A stretch of DNA of 64,000 bases from Dehalococcoidia bacterium (GCA_963665775.2 CAXXTF010000001.1:544001-608000), one strand, 5' to 3'; positions 1-9,199 are shown, numbered from the stretch's first letter. Numbers and translations are program-made. Notes: generated from the sequence alone by a model not told the origin.

Positions 1-1
1 C

Positions 2-892
2 CGGCCGGAGTCCATAGCGGCCTGCCTGGCCCGGCAGGGGCCGAAGCCGGACACCATCACCGTCGTCCCCGCCCCGGAGGTCATCGAGATGGAGGAGCAC
101 CCGGCCCAGGCGGCGCGGCAGAAGAAAGGCTCCTCCATCGTCGTCGGCCTGCGCCTGGTCAAGCAGGGGGAGGCCGACGCCTTCGTCTCCGCCGGCAACA
201 CGGGGGCTATCATGGCCGGGGCGATCATGTACCTGGGCCGCATCAGGGGGATAGAGCGGCCGTCCCTGGTGGCCCTCATGCCCCTCGCCGGGAAGCTGGT
301 CGTCCTCCTGGACGTGGGCGCCAACGCCGATTGCAAGCCGGCCTACCTGCTGCAGTTCGCCCAGATGGCCTCCGCTTACATGGAGCGGGTCTGGAAGGTG
401 GAGCGGCCACGGGTGGCCCTCCTGAACATCGGCGAGGAGGAGGCGAAGGGCAACGCCCTGGCCCAGGAGGCGTACCCGCTCTTGGCCGCGAGCGGACTCA
501 ACTTCATCGGCAACCTGGAGGGAGGGGAGATCACCGCCGGCGCCGCCGAAGTCATCGTCACCGACGGCTTCACCGGCAACGTTGTGGTCAAGACTATGGA
601 GGGGATGGCGGAGTTCATCATGACCCAGTTGCGGGGCGCCATCAAGAGCCGGCCCTGGTATACTGTCGCGGGCGCCCTCCTGATGCCTGCCTTCAGCGGC
701 GTGCGCAGGAAGATGGACTACCGGGAGTACGGTGCGGGGCCGCTGCTGGGGGTGAATGGGCTGGTGTTTATCGGCCACGGGCGGAGCGACGCCCGGGCCG
801 TCTCCAGTGCTCTGCGGATAGCGCGGGAGGCTGCTCGGTCCGGGATGTTGGAGGCTATTCGGGAGATGGCCCCGGCGCGGGTGAGGGCGTAG
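2..892 (+). CDS. plsX: Phosphate acyltransferase PlsX (5' end outside window)
   Basis: Motifs SAGNTGA, LDVGANAD, LLNIGEEEAKGN, VTDGFTGNV, GHGRS. The frame is open from position 2. Confidence 0.95.
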   Translation, partial: RPESIAACLARQGPKPDTITVVPAPEVIEMEEHPAQAARQKKGSSIVVGLRLVKQGEADAFVSAGNTGAIMAGAIMYLGRIRGIERPSLVALMPLAGKLVVLLDVGANADCKPAYLLQFAQMASAYMERVWKVERPRVALLNIGEEEAKGNALAQEAYPLLAASGLNFIGNLEGGEITAGAAEVIVTDGFTGNVVVKTMEGMAEFIMTQLRGAIKSRPWYTVAGALLMPAFSGVRRKMDYREYGAGPLLGVNGLVFIGHGRSDARAVSSALRIAREAARSGMLEAIREMAPARVRA

Positions 893-957
893 GCAGGCCT
901 AGCCGACCTGCGCGACGAGCAGATGGCCAATCGCCTCCAGGCGTCCGAGAAGGGCCG

Positions 958-1251
958 CTACTGGCTGGGAGGGACGGGACCGCCGAAGCGCAGCCACAGC
1001 CGCAACGTCTGCTGGAGGTTACGTAGCCCTGTGTCTGACGGTAGACCGGAGAGGAGGCACTCCTCTATGTGGTGGTCCATGACAAGCAGTCCTACTTGGT
1101 CAAGCCCGCTGCGGACGGCCATTAGCTGCGTCAGGACGTCCTCGCACATGCGGCCCTCGGCCAGCATGCGGTGGATGCCCCGGATCTGCCCTTCGATACG
1201 GCGCAGGCGGGCCAGCATGGCATCGGCGTCCGTTTTTGGCTCTTCGGTCAT
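958..1251 (-). CDS. CsoR/RcnR-family metal-sensing repressor
   Basis: RLRRIEGQIRGIHRM...C.DVLTQL.AV..GL...H...C, with the C-H-C ligand set. Confidence 0.9.
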   Translation of the reverse strand: MTEEPKTDADAMLARLRRIEGQIRGIHRMLAEGRMCEDVLTQLMAVRSGLDQVGLLVMDHHIEECLLSGLPSDTGLRNLQQTLRLWLRFGGPVPPSQ

Positions 1252-1264
1252 TGTGAACTCCTGA

Positions 1265-1314
1265 TTGACATACCCCTATGGGGTATGCTATCATCCCTTT
1301 AGCAAGTGAGTCAA
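1265..1314. promoter_or_regulatory. CsoR-type operator within divergent overlapping promoters
   Basis: Palindrome CATACCCC-TAT-GGGGTATG (1269-1287) lies between TTGACA (1265) and TGcTATCAT (1286-1294). A reverse TTGACT (1309-1314)/TAGCAT (1285-1290) promoter overlaps it. Confidence 0.8.
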
Positions 1315-1363
1315 TAGCGGTCATCGTGACGTATAATGATCAGGTACTACCAAGGAGGAACGA

Positions 1364-1690
1364 ATGAGCAAACCCGAAGAGGTGACCGACGCCGATTTCG
1401 AGAGCGAGGTTCTCAAGAGCGACCTGCCCGTCCTCGTCGACTTCTGGGCGCCCTGGTGCGGCCCCTGCCGCATGGTGGCCCCCGTGGTTGAGGAGCTGGC
1501 CGGCGAGTACGATGGCAAGGTGAAGTTCGTAAAGCTGAACACCGACGATAACATTGAAACCGCCTCCCGCTACGGCATCCGCAGCATTCCCACGCTGCTC
1601 GTGTTCAAGGGGGGAGAGGCCGTGGACCAGGTGATTGGCTTCCGCCCCAAGAGCGATCTGAAGCGCACCCTGGATAAGTCTCTCTCTTAA
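1364..1690 (+). CDS. trxA: Thioredoxin
   Basis: WAPWCGPC motif; RBS AGGAGG. Confidence 0.97.
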   Translation: MSKPEEVTDADFESEVLKSDLPVLVDFWAPWCGPCRMVAPVVEELAGEYDGKVKFVKLNTDDNIETASRYGIRSIPTLLVFKGGEAVDQVIGFRPKSDLKRTLDKSLS

Positions 1691-1701
1691 GACAGTCGAT
1701 A

Positions 1702-2631
1702 ATGAGCACCAGGGATTACGACATCGTCGTCATCGGCGGCGGGCCGGCAGGACTATCCTGCGGCCTGTACGCGGCACGAGGCCGGTACCGAACCGTCCTC
1801 CTGGAAAAGGGCGTCATCGGCGGCCAGATTGCTCTCACGGAGGCAGTGGAGAACTACCCCGGCATCTCCGCCGTCAACGGCTTCGACCTGGGCCAGGATA
1901 TGCACAAGCAGGCCGAGAGCCATGGCATGGAGACAGAGTATGTGGGGGTGGATGGCCTGGAGCGCCAGGAGAAGCAGTGGCTAGTCCGCACCCAAGCTGA
2001 TGACTTTCTGGCGAAGGCCGTAATCGTGACCAGTGGCGCCGACTACGACAAGCTGGGGATTCCCGGCGAAGAGCGTTTGACCGGCCGAGGGGTCTCCTAC
2101 TGCGCCACCTGCGACGCCGCCTTCTTCAAGGAACAAGAGGTCGCCGTCGTCGGTGGCGGCGACGCTGCTGTTGAGGAGGCGATGTTCGCCGCCCGCTTCG
2201 CTTCCAAGGTCACCCTGATACATCGCCGCGATGAGTTGAGGGCCGGCCGTATCCTGCAGGAGAGGGCCTTCGCCAACCCCAAGATGGAGTTTCTCTGGAG
2301 CACCATAGTCACCGAGGTCCAGGGTGACAACGAGGTCACCGCGCTCAGCCTCAACAACCGGGTCAGCGGTGAGGATAGCACCCTATCCGTCGCCGCCTTG
2401 TTCATCTTCATCGGCCAGCACCCCAATACCGACTTCCTGCAAGGGCTGGTGGCGATGGACAACGGCAAGCACGTACTGGTCGATGAATGGATGGCGACGG
2501 GGCTCGACGGCCTCTTCGCCGCCGGCGACATACGGCAGAACTCTGCCCGGCAGGTGGCCAGCTCTGTGGGGGACGGCGTGACCGCCGCTATCGCCGCCGA
2601 TCACTACATCAGCGACAACTTCCCCGACTAA
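1702..2631 (+). CDS. trxB: Thioredoxin reductase
   Basis: GGGPAG, GRGVSYCATCD, GGGDAA and GLFAAGD motifs. Confidence 0.96.
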   Translation: MSTRDYDIVVIGGGPAGLSCGLYAARGRYRTVLLEKGVIGGQIALTEAVENYPGISAVNGFDLGQDMHKQAESHGMETEYVGVDGLERQEKQWLVRTQADDFLAKAVIVTSGADYDKLGIPGEERLTGRGVSYCATCDAAFFKEQEVAVVGGGDAAVEEAMFAARFASKVTLIHRRDELRAGRILQERAFANPKMEFLWSTIVTEVQGDNEVTALSLNNRVSGEDSTLSVAALFIFIGQHPNTDFLQGLVAMDNGKHVLVDEWMATGLDGLFAAGDIRQNSARQVASSVGDGVTAAIAADHYISDNFPD

Positions 2632-2690
2632 GGAGCGGCGGTCCGCCCTGCCTTGACAGATCGCCGCCCACCTTCGACGCTATAGTTTGC

Positions 2691-2787
2691 GGGAGTGGAA
2701 AGGTCCCGGTGGGCCTCGCGGTCTTCAAAACCGTTGCGGGGCGGTGGACCCGTCCCGGGTGGGTTCGACTCCCATGCACTCCCGCCA
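2691..2787 (+). tRNA. selC: tRNA-Sec (anticodon TCA)
   Basis: 97 nt; acceptor GGGAGTG/CACTCCC-G-CCA; anticodon loop CTTCAAA; long variable arm; GTTCGACTC T-loop. Confidence 0.93.
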
Positions 2788-3074
2788 AGTATTTCGTATC
2801 TAGAACAGGCTCGTCTCAACGATGAGGCGGGTTCTCCCAACTCCTCCTCTTGTAGACCTCAATGTTCGCCGCCCCCTGCATCGGAGCTAGCGGGCATCTC
2901 ATCTTCCTGGGCAGACGTCGGCTCGCTATGCGGGCTCTATCAGACTAGACATCGCTTTCTCCTAGCGCTATCCTGGCTAAGTTAGCTAGTACAGTAGAAC
3001 GGTCGCAACCGATCACCTTCCTGACGTGCGGAGGAGTTTCCTTCGCACGCCCCGAGCGACGAGGAGGTAAGCCC

Positions 3075-3605
3075 ATGAGTAAGGTCGCGTTCCTTCGGGA
3101 GCAGCTTCGCACCGCCCACGAGTTTCTGGAGGGCACGATGCAGGATGTGTCCGAGGAGCAGGCGCACTGGGCCCCTCCGGGTGCCGCTTCGCCGATTGCC
3201 GCGCACTATCTGCACGTCGTGGCGGGTGAGGACGGCCTCGTCACCGGGATGCTGAAGGGGGGAGCGCCCCTGTTCGCCTCCGCCTGGGCGGGCAAGGTGG
3301 GGGCGGATCCCCCGCCGCCTCAGATGGGCCCGGGATCACCCTGGGACGTTTGGGCGCGTCAGGTACGCGTTGACCTTCCGGCGGCCCGGCAGTACGCGGC
3401 GGCCGTCTACCAGGCCACGGACGACTATCTGGCCTCGCTAGACGACGCCGGTCTGGACCGCGAGCTAGACCTGTCGGAGATGGGGCTGGGCAAGCCGACG
3501 TTGGGCTAGATGGTAGCCGTGGCCGTGCTGGGCAACGTGAACATGCACTGTGGCGAGATCGCCTGCCTCAAGGGTCTCCAGGGGGCGAAGGGCTATCCCA
3601 TGTAG
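3075..3605 (+). pseudogene. DinB-superfamily protein interrupted by an in-frame TAG at 3507-3509
   Basis: After ...GKPTLG* the frame continues MVAVAVLGNVNMHCGEIACLKGLQGAKGYPM*, which supplies the C-terminal DinB metal-binding helix. Confidence 0.75.
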
Positions 3606-3608
3606 GGA

Positions 3609-4577
3609 TCAGACGCGGAGGCGTTCCAGGAGGCCGTCCTCCGCGGAGAAGTCCCAAGGGCGGTCGTCCAGCCCTTCCGCGATATACCATCGATACGTTT
3701 CGGCCGTCCCGATAGCCATCGCTCTCGGCTGGAAATCCAGGTGAGCCTGCGCCTTCCTGGTGTCGTAAATAGCGCTGCTTCGCCACGGGTAGGCGGGGAA
3801 TGAGGACGGGGTGCCTCTATCGTCCAGCATTTCCGGTGGCACGAGGACCAAGCGCGGTTCGATCCCCACGATGCGTCCGAGGAAGGTCACATAATCGACG
3901 AGGGTGACGGCCTCCGGCCCGGCCAGCGTGTATGCCTGCCCCAGGGAGGAGCCCGTCTCGGGTGCGGAGGCGAAGGCCCGCGCCAGGTCGCTCACGTGAA
4001 CTAGGTGGATCACGGCGGAGCCATCGCCGGGCACCAGAATCGGGCGTTTCCGGAGAAGTCTGGCAAACAGGCTGAACTCTCGTTGGGGGTTGTAGTTGTT
4101 CGGGCCGTAGACCGTGCAGGGGCGCAAGATGGTGAATGGGAAGGCGCGGGCGCGCCAGCGCTCTCTCAGGTACTCCTCGCAGGCAAGCTTGTCCAGACCA
4201 TACTGAGAGGCCTGGGAGGTGTCCTTGGCCAGCGGCTGCTGTTCCGTAATAGGGAAGGTCTCCGAAGGGGCGTACACACCGACGGTGGAGCAGAAGACGT
4301 AGCGCCCCACATGTCCTGCCAGCGCTTCCACCGCTGCCGCCAGCGTAGACGTTGTGTAGGCGGAGAAGTCGAATGCGACGTCGAACTCCCGGCTCCTGAG
4401 GACCCTCTTGACGGCCGTTGGGTCGGCGCGGTCCGCATACAGGCGCTCGATATCCGGGGGTAGCGCTGCGGGAGCCTGACCGCGATTGAGGAGAGCGACC
4501 TGATGGCCGCGCCTCAACAGTTCGTATACGAGGTGGAGGCCGATGAACCGGGTTCCTCCCAGCACGAGGGCGCGCAT
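3609..4577 (-). CDS. NAD-dependent epimerase/dehydratase (atypical SDR)
   Basis: GGTRFIG, YGLDK and LRPCTVYGP motifs. Confidence 0.88.
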   Translation of the reverse strand: MRALVLGGTRFIGLHLVYELLRRGHQVALLNRGQAPAALPPDIERLYADRADPTAVKRVLRSREFDVAFDFSAYTTSTLAAAVEALAGHVGRYVFCSTVGVYAPSETFPITEQQPLAKDTSQASQYGLDKLACEEYLRERWRARAFPFTILRPCTVYGPNNYNPQREFSLFARLLRKRPILVPGDGSAVIHLVHVSDLARAFASAPETGSSLGQAYTLAGPEAVTLVDYVTFLGRIVGIEPRLVLVPPEMLDDRGTPSSFPAYPWRSSAIYDTRKAQAHLDFQPRAMAIGTAETYRWYIAEGLDDRPWDFSAEDGLLERLRV

Positions 4578-4719
4578 CCTATCTCGATGGCGAGGCGCAA
4601 GTCACTGCTCGCCCTTCGCCCTTCATCTGTTTGCCGCTTACGGCTCGCAAGGGTATCTCGGCCCTGAGCCGCCACAGCTCTCGACAGAAGCTGGTTGGGC
4701 TAGCTTCGGCGATCTGTCT

Positions 4720-4956
4720 CTATGACCCTTGGACCTGTCGCAGAGCGGCGACGACCTCTCCCTCTTTGATCTTGTGATCGCTGCCGAGGTAGTCGCTGCT
4801 TCTCCCCCCCACCAGGAGTGCGGAGTAGCGCCAGGCTGGCCCCAGACGCTTCCCGAGCATCTCCTTGATCTCGGCCGGGGATACGCCATCCTCGCCCACG
4901 TCGAGCTCCAGGTTGTTGACATGCCCACCCATGATCTGGACCGTTATCTTCGACAT
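4720..4956 (-). CDS. MoaD/ThiS-like beta-grasp protein
   Basis: 78 aa with IKEGEVVAAL near the C-terminus and located next to an AOR gene. It ends QGS rather than GG. Confidence 0.55.
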   Translation of the reverse strand: MSKITVQIMGGHVNNLELDVGEDGVSPAEIKEMLGKRLGPAWRYSALLVGGRSSDYLGSDHKIKEGEVVAALRQVQGS

Positions 4957-5159
4957 CGCGCTGTTTCCTTCCTCAGGCTCTTCACCAGTGTCCGGTCCCC
5001 GAGTCCGTGGCGCCCAGGATCAGCCGGCGACGGCTATCTCCGGATAGAGGTCCGGGATCAGGTCCTCCAGGCCCTTGGTGACGCTGACTTTGTGCGCCAT
5101 GCCCTGGGGGTCATCGCTTGTGGCTGCCATTCGCCGGGGGATACAAATCATATTTACGG

Positions 5160-5199
5160 TAGATAGCTTTTGTATACACTTGCTTCGACATGCTGTCAA
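5160..5199 (-). promoter_or_regulatory. Sigma70 promoter with shared 18-bp motif (copy 1)
   Basis: TTGACA(5194-5199)-17-TATACA(5171-5176). The motif TAGATAGCTTTTGTATAC recurs at 9162. Confidence 0.55.
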
Positions 5200-5228
5200 G
5201 GCCTGGCGGCTTTTGTATGAGCGATCCC

Positions 5229-7202
5229 TTAGAGTCCCAGCCTGGTCACCGTTTCAGGAGTTGGCCGCCCATTCTTGGCCTCCCAGCCCATCTGACGGTA
5301 ATACTCCTCCACCATCTCCTTCAGATATGGGGCGATGGACTTGCCTGCGGCCGGACCCATCGAGGGGGGCTCCAGCAAGCGGGGCGAGACCTCAAGATCG
5401 TTCCTCTTGACGAAATCACGCTGCAGAGCGATCAGGCGCATGGTCGTGGCCGCCCGCTCACCCACATCGAGAGCCTCTTCGGTGTCGAGGTCGTCCCAGC
5501 CTACTGCCGCCCCTATCGCTTGGCTCACGGTGGCGGCAGGGGCTTGGGCAAACCAGCAGACGCCGGTGCAATCGTGCCAGAGCTTGCTCCGCTGGTTATG
5601 GTGCACCTCGCGCGCCTTGCCGGCGGCCTCTTCCGGCGTATCGATTACGCCTGGAGTCGTCTCGGAATACCCTGAGTCCGGCTGTGGCGCCACGAAGTCG
5701 GCCGCCGGAGCGTGCCACCCTGGCCCGGCCGGTGAAACGATCTGGCCCAGCAAGGTGCCCCAGAAGAACCGCAGATCGTGGATGTTTATTCCGGCACCTT
5801 TGACGTGAACGGAAATCTGCTCAATCTCCTGCTGGAGTTCGGGCCGGCCTTTCTTCTTGGACAGGTGGAAGGCGGCCTTGCCCAATCCAGATGCCAACCA
5901 GGATACGTCTGGCCGGGAGCCCGCAAGCTCGTGGCCCTCCCGCGAGACCATCTGGCCTAGCATCTCCATTACCGCCTCGTGGTTGCCCCAGGTCAGTTCC
6001 AGATCGCCGGTATCCTCCCTGGTGATGAGGCCTTTCTCGTACGCTTCGAACGCCATGGCGATCGTGCAGCCCACGGTGCTGCTTTCCAATCCCAGGGCGT
6101 CGTACAGATCCGTCAGGGCGAGAGCCACCCCTGGGTCCTGGACGCCGATCATCGCCGCCGCGCCCTCCGGACCCTGACTGCCGCCACTCAGGCTGACCGT
6201 TTGGCCGGCAAACGGTCCGTCCCCGATCTCGACGTCGTAGGCGCAGGGTATCTTGCAGTTGTAGCAGGGTTTGGGGGTGATCTGCCAGCGGTCGGCGATC
6301 TGGGAGTAGCGTTCGGCGAACACCTTCCCCCCCTCGGGGTCGGTGAGGTTCTTGTAAGCCACCACATACTGGTCACCTAGGGCAGAATAAAGCTCCTTCG
6401 CGTTCCTCCTGACCCGCGTGGCAGACCCTGGCTGTCGCCCTCCGTCCGCCAGCTCCTCCTCCCAGCGTGCCACCGCCTCCTGGAAGGCGCTGGGGTTCGC
6501 TATAGGCACCGCCTTCGTCCCCCGCACGGCGATCGCCTTCAGCCGTTTGCTGCCCATGATTGCGCCCGGGCTCCCTTTGCCGGCGCCGTGGTTACGATCG
6601 TTCTTGATCATGCCCCCGTGGATCATCGCCTCGCCACCGGGACCGATGCAGGCGACGCTGATCTTCTCGGGGTCTCCGCCTAGCTCCTCCTTGACCCGGC
6701 GCTCGGTCTCCCGAGTGTCGAGCCCCCAAAGGTGGTCCGCGTTCCGGATCTCCGCGCGGCCCTCGTCTATCACGAGCATGATGTGACGGTCGGATCGTCC
6801 CTCTATCACGATGCCATCATAGCCGGCGAACTTCAGGTAGGGACCCCAGAAGCCGTGGGAGTGCCCAACTCCGGCGGCGTAGGAAACCTCGAGGTTGATG
6901 CAAACGGTGGTGTAGTCGGAGGAACAGGGGGCATCGGTACCCGTGAGGGGGCCTGTCATTAAGATGAGCGGCGCCTCTTCATCCCACGCATCCATGGGGT
7001 ACATTTCGATCCCCTCCGCCTGCTGCTCTTCCCGCCGCACGTCGAACCGCCGCAGCGCCTTTCGCAGGTAGTACAGCCCCAGGCCGGTCCCGCCAACGAA
7101 CTTTCTCAGCGTCTCCTCATCGGGCAGGGGCTCCTCAGAGATGGAGTGGTCGGTGACGTTGACCGCCAGGATTTGCCCCATGTAACCGCCGGATATAGGC
7201 AT
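5229..7202 (-). CDS. Aldehyde:ferredoxin oxidoreductase (AOR/WOR family, tungstopterin)
   Basis: GYMGQILAVN, GGTGLG, LKFAGYDGIVIEG, CIGPGGE, GAIMGSKRLKAIAV, CxxCxxxC, DCTGVC, EYYRQMGW...G.P. Confidence 0.92.
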   Translation of the reverse strand: MPISGGYMGQILAVNVTDHSISEEPLPDEETLRKFVGGTGLGLYYLRKALRRFDVRREEQQAEGIEMYPMDAWDEEAPLILMTGPLTGTDAPCSSDYTTVCINLEVSYAAGVGHSHGFWGPYLKFAGYDGIVIEGRSDRHIMLVIDEGRAEIRNADHLWGLDTRETERRVKEELGGDPEKISVACIGPGGEAMIHGGMIKNDRNHGAGKGSPGAIMGSKRLKAIAVRGTKAVPIANPSAFQEAVARWEEELADGGRQPGSATRVRRNAKELYSALGDQYVVAYKNLTDPEGGKVFAERYSQIADRWQITPKPCYNCKIPCAYDVEIGDGPFAGQTVSLSGGSQGPEGAAAMIGVQDPGVALALTDLYDALGLESSTVGCTIAMAFEAYEKGLITREDTGDLELTWGNHEAVMEMLGQMVSREGHELAGSRPDVSWLASGLGKAAFHLSKKKGRPELQQEIEQISVHVKGAGINIHDLRFFWGTLLGQIVSPAGPGWHAPAADFVAPQPDSGYSETTPGVIDTPEEAAGKAREVHHNQRSKLWHDCTGVCWFAQAPAATVSQAIGAAVGWDDLDTEEALDVGERAATTMRLIALQRDFVKRNDLEVSPRLLEPPSMGPAAGKSIAPYLKEMVEEYYRQMGWEAKNGRPTPETVTRLGL

Positions 7203-7382
7203 CTTCCACCCTTTCCCCTTCTCAATGGGAGGAAACTGGTCGGAGGCTTCGGGGTTGGTCTAGCGAACCCACAGGTTCAGAAAAACCGCCCCAAAGCCTC
7301 CGAATATCTCTTGCCCAAAGGAGCTTGATCTAACCTACCCCGGTCTCAGTGCGCACTCCCCCTTAGCGTAGAGGTCCAATTA

Positions 7383-8444
7383 TCAGAGTCCGAGACCCGG
7401 GGATTTTCCGGCCGGTTGGATCCCCATGGTGAAATCAGTCGGGGCTGTTGACCACTGACCGATCCCAGGGGCGAATTGCTGCGAGAAACCGCCCACTCTG
7501 AGCACGATGTACTTGAAAGCGTAATCGCCGACAACGGCTATCAACGCCACGATGGCCAGTAGTACCGTGGCATCCTCTATCAGATGCCAGGTTAGGCTCA
7601 TGGCCGAGACAACCAACGGAAGTCCGACCCCCCCTATAACAACGGCGACGATGAAAAGCGACCGCAGCGGCCCGATGATCGACTTCCAGGCAGATTCGCG
7701 CAGGAAATGGTCTCTATGGATGGTGAGGAGGTAGCTGGCCAGGGCGAAAGCGCCAGCCGCCAGCAGGATTGTCTCTAACTCATGCAGCGCCTCAAGGTTC
7801 AGGGCGCGGGTTGTGTCGTTATGAATGGGCGCATACAGGGCACCCAAGAACCCGGCTCCGCCCAACAGGCTGAAAATTGGGAATAGCAGAATCATCAGAG
7901 CCATGTTCCAGGCGCCGATAGCGGCAGACTCGCTGAGAAGGAAGCCATCATATACGACTAGAATGCCTAGCAACGCTACACACGTGATGAAGAGCGCCAG
8001 CTCCACGCCGGCCCCTGCTTCCCCGAACAGGCCGGCGATCGGCCAGAGGATGTAGAGGCCGCCGGCAACGGCGAATATATTAAGGGTTATTATCCCGCGG
8101 CTGATCCAGGAAGACCGCCACCGCGATACCGCACGCCAGCCACGAAGGGGATTCCCGAGGAACAGGACGTGGAAGAAACCCTTGCCGCCAACCCCGATAA
8201 TGTATCCGGCAATGAAGTACCAATCGCTAGAAGCACGCTCGAGAGCCAATGCTATCAATGCCGCCCCCGAGCCAACGCCGCCGAGGAAGAGGGCGATCAA
8301 CAGATACGTGCTGTTGCTTACCCAACCGCCTCTCCCCACTCCCCACTCCCTCTGTGGGGTGAAGGTGTCGCTCCACTCCTCCATCTCTAAGTCCGGCGGC
8401 TCCCACGCCATGGGATTGTCTATTACACGATCACCTTCTGCCAT
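7383..8444 (-). CDS. NrfD/PsrC-family membrane anchor subunit
   Basis: About 8 TM helices; LFLGGVGSG and FLGNPLRGWR...SSWISRG motifs. Confidence 0.82.
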   Translation of the reverse strand: MAEGDRVIDNPMAWEPPDLEMEEWSDTFTPQREWGVGRGGWVSNSTYLLIALFLGGVGSGAALIALALERASSDWYFIAGYIIGVGGKGFFHVLFLGNPLRGWRAVSRWRSSWISRGIITLNIFAVAGGLYILWPIAGLFGEAGAGVELALFITCVALLGILVVYDGFLLSESAAIGAWNMALMILLFPIFSLLGGAGFLGALYAPIHNDTTRALNLEALHELETILLAAGAFALASYLLTIHRDHFLRESAWKSIIGPLRSLFIVAVVIGGVGLPLVVSAMSLTWHLIEDATVLLAIVALIAVVGDYAFKYIVLRVGGFSQQFAPGIGQWSTAPTDFTMGIQPAGKSPGLGL

Positions 8445-8465
8445 GATTAGCGTCCCCCGCCTTAC

Positions 8466-9122
8466 TTACTGAGGCAGGTAGTATACGGAGGGATCGGTTC
8501 CGGCCTCAGGCCGGAGCTGGAAGCCACCGCGGGCGGCGATGAGCCGGTTCATCTCATCGTTGGGATCGTTCAAGTCTCCGAAGTACATCGCCTTCGCTAT
8601 ACACGTAATCACACAGGCAGGCGTCGCTTCTCGGTCAACCCCCGGCTTCAGGCCGTTCGCCTCGGCCTTCCTCAGCCGGTGCTCACAGAAGGTGCACTTG
8701 ACGACGGTGTTGATCTTCGAATTCCAGTCGATGCGAGCCTCGCCTCCCGCCTCTTCAAACGGCGTGAAGCCGTGGTCAGGGAAGTAAGCTTTCCGCTCCT
8801 TGAGGAAGTACCGGTTCTTGTAGGGGCAGGCCATCATGCAGTAGCGACAGCCGATGCACTTGTGCTCGTCGATCAAGACCAGGCCGCCCTCCTCAGTGTG
8901 AGAAGCGCCGGTCGGGCAGACCGTGACGCAGGGAGGGTTGGCGCAGTGGTTGCAGGCTACCGGCACGGGAACCCGCCGCGCGTTCGGATACTTCCCCTCC
9001 TCGTGCCAGAGGACGCGTCGCCAGTGGATCGCCGGCGGCGTCCCGTTCTCCGCCTTACAGGCGATCGCGCAGGCGTAGCAGCCGATGCATCGCTTGAGAT
9101 CGATCAGCATGCCGTATCTCAT
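8466..9122 (-). CDS. 4x[4Fe-4S] electron-transfer subunit (NrfC/PsrB/DmsB-like)
   Basis: CIGCYAC..AC, CNHCANPPCVTVCP, CIGCRYCMMACP, KCTFC...PACVITC. Confidence 0.93.
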   Translation of the reverse strand: MRYGMLIDLKRCIGCYACAIACKAENGTPPAIHWRRVLWHEEGKYPNARRVPVPVACNHCANPPCVTVCPTGASHTEEGGLVLIDEHKCIGCRYCMMACPYKNRYFLKERKAYFPDHGFTPFEEAGGEARIDWNSKINTVVKCTFCEHRLRKAEANGLKPGVDREATPACVITCIAKAMYFGDLNDPNDEMNRLIAARGGFQLRPEAGTDPSVYYLPQ

Positions 9123-9161
9123 GACTATTTACCTCCACAAGACCAACGATGGTAAATACAA

Positions 9162-9199
9162 TACATAGCTTTTATATACCTATCCCAGGGCGCTGTCAA
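9162..9199 (-). promoter_or_regulatory. Sigma70 promoter with shared 18-bp motif (copy 2)
   Basis: TTGACA(9194-9199)-17-TATAAA(9171-9176); motif TACATAGCTTTTATATAC. Confidence 0.6.

Noticed and set aside
4720-5130. Upstream ORF (MAATSDDPQGMAHK...EIAVAG) is in frame with the MoaD-like gene across a TGA at 5020-5022, suggesting a possible selenoprotein fusion
   Set aside because: The linker looks non-coding, the MoaD-like gene has its own RBS, there is no Cys-like context or convincing SECIS, and in-frame coincidence has a 1-in-3 chance. A gene remnant is more likely.
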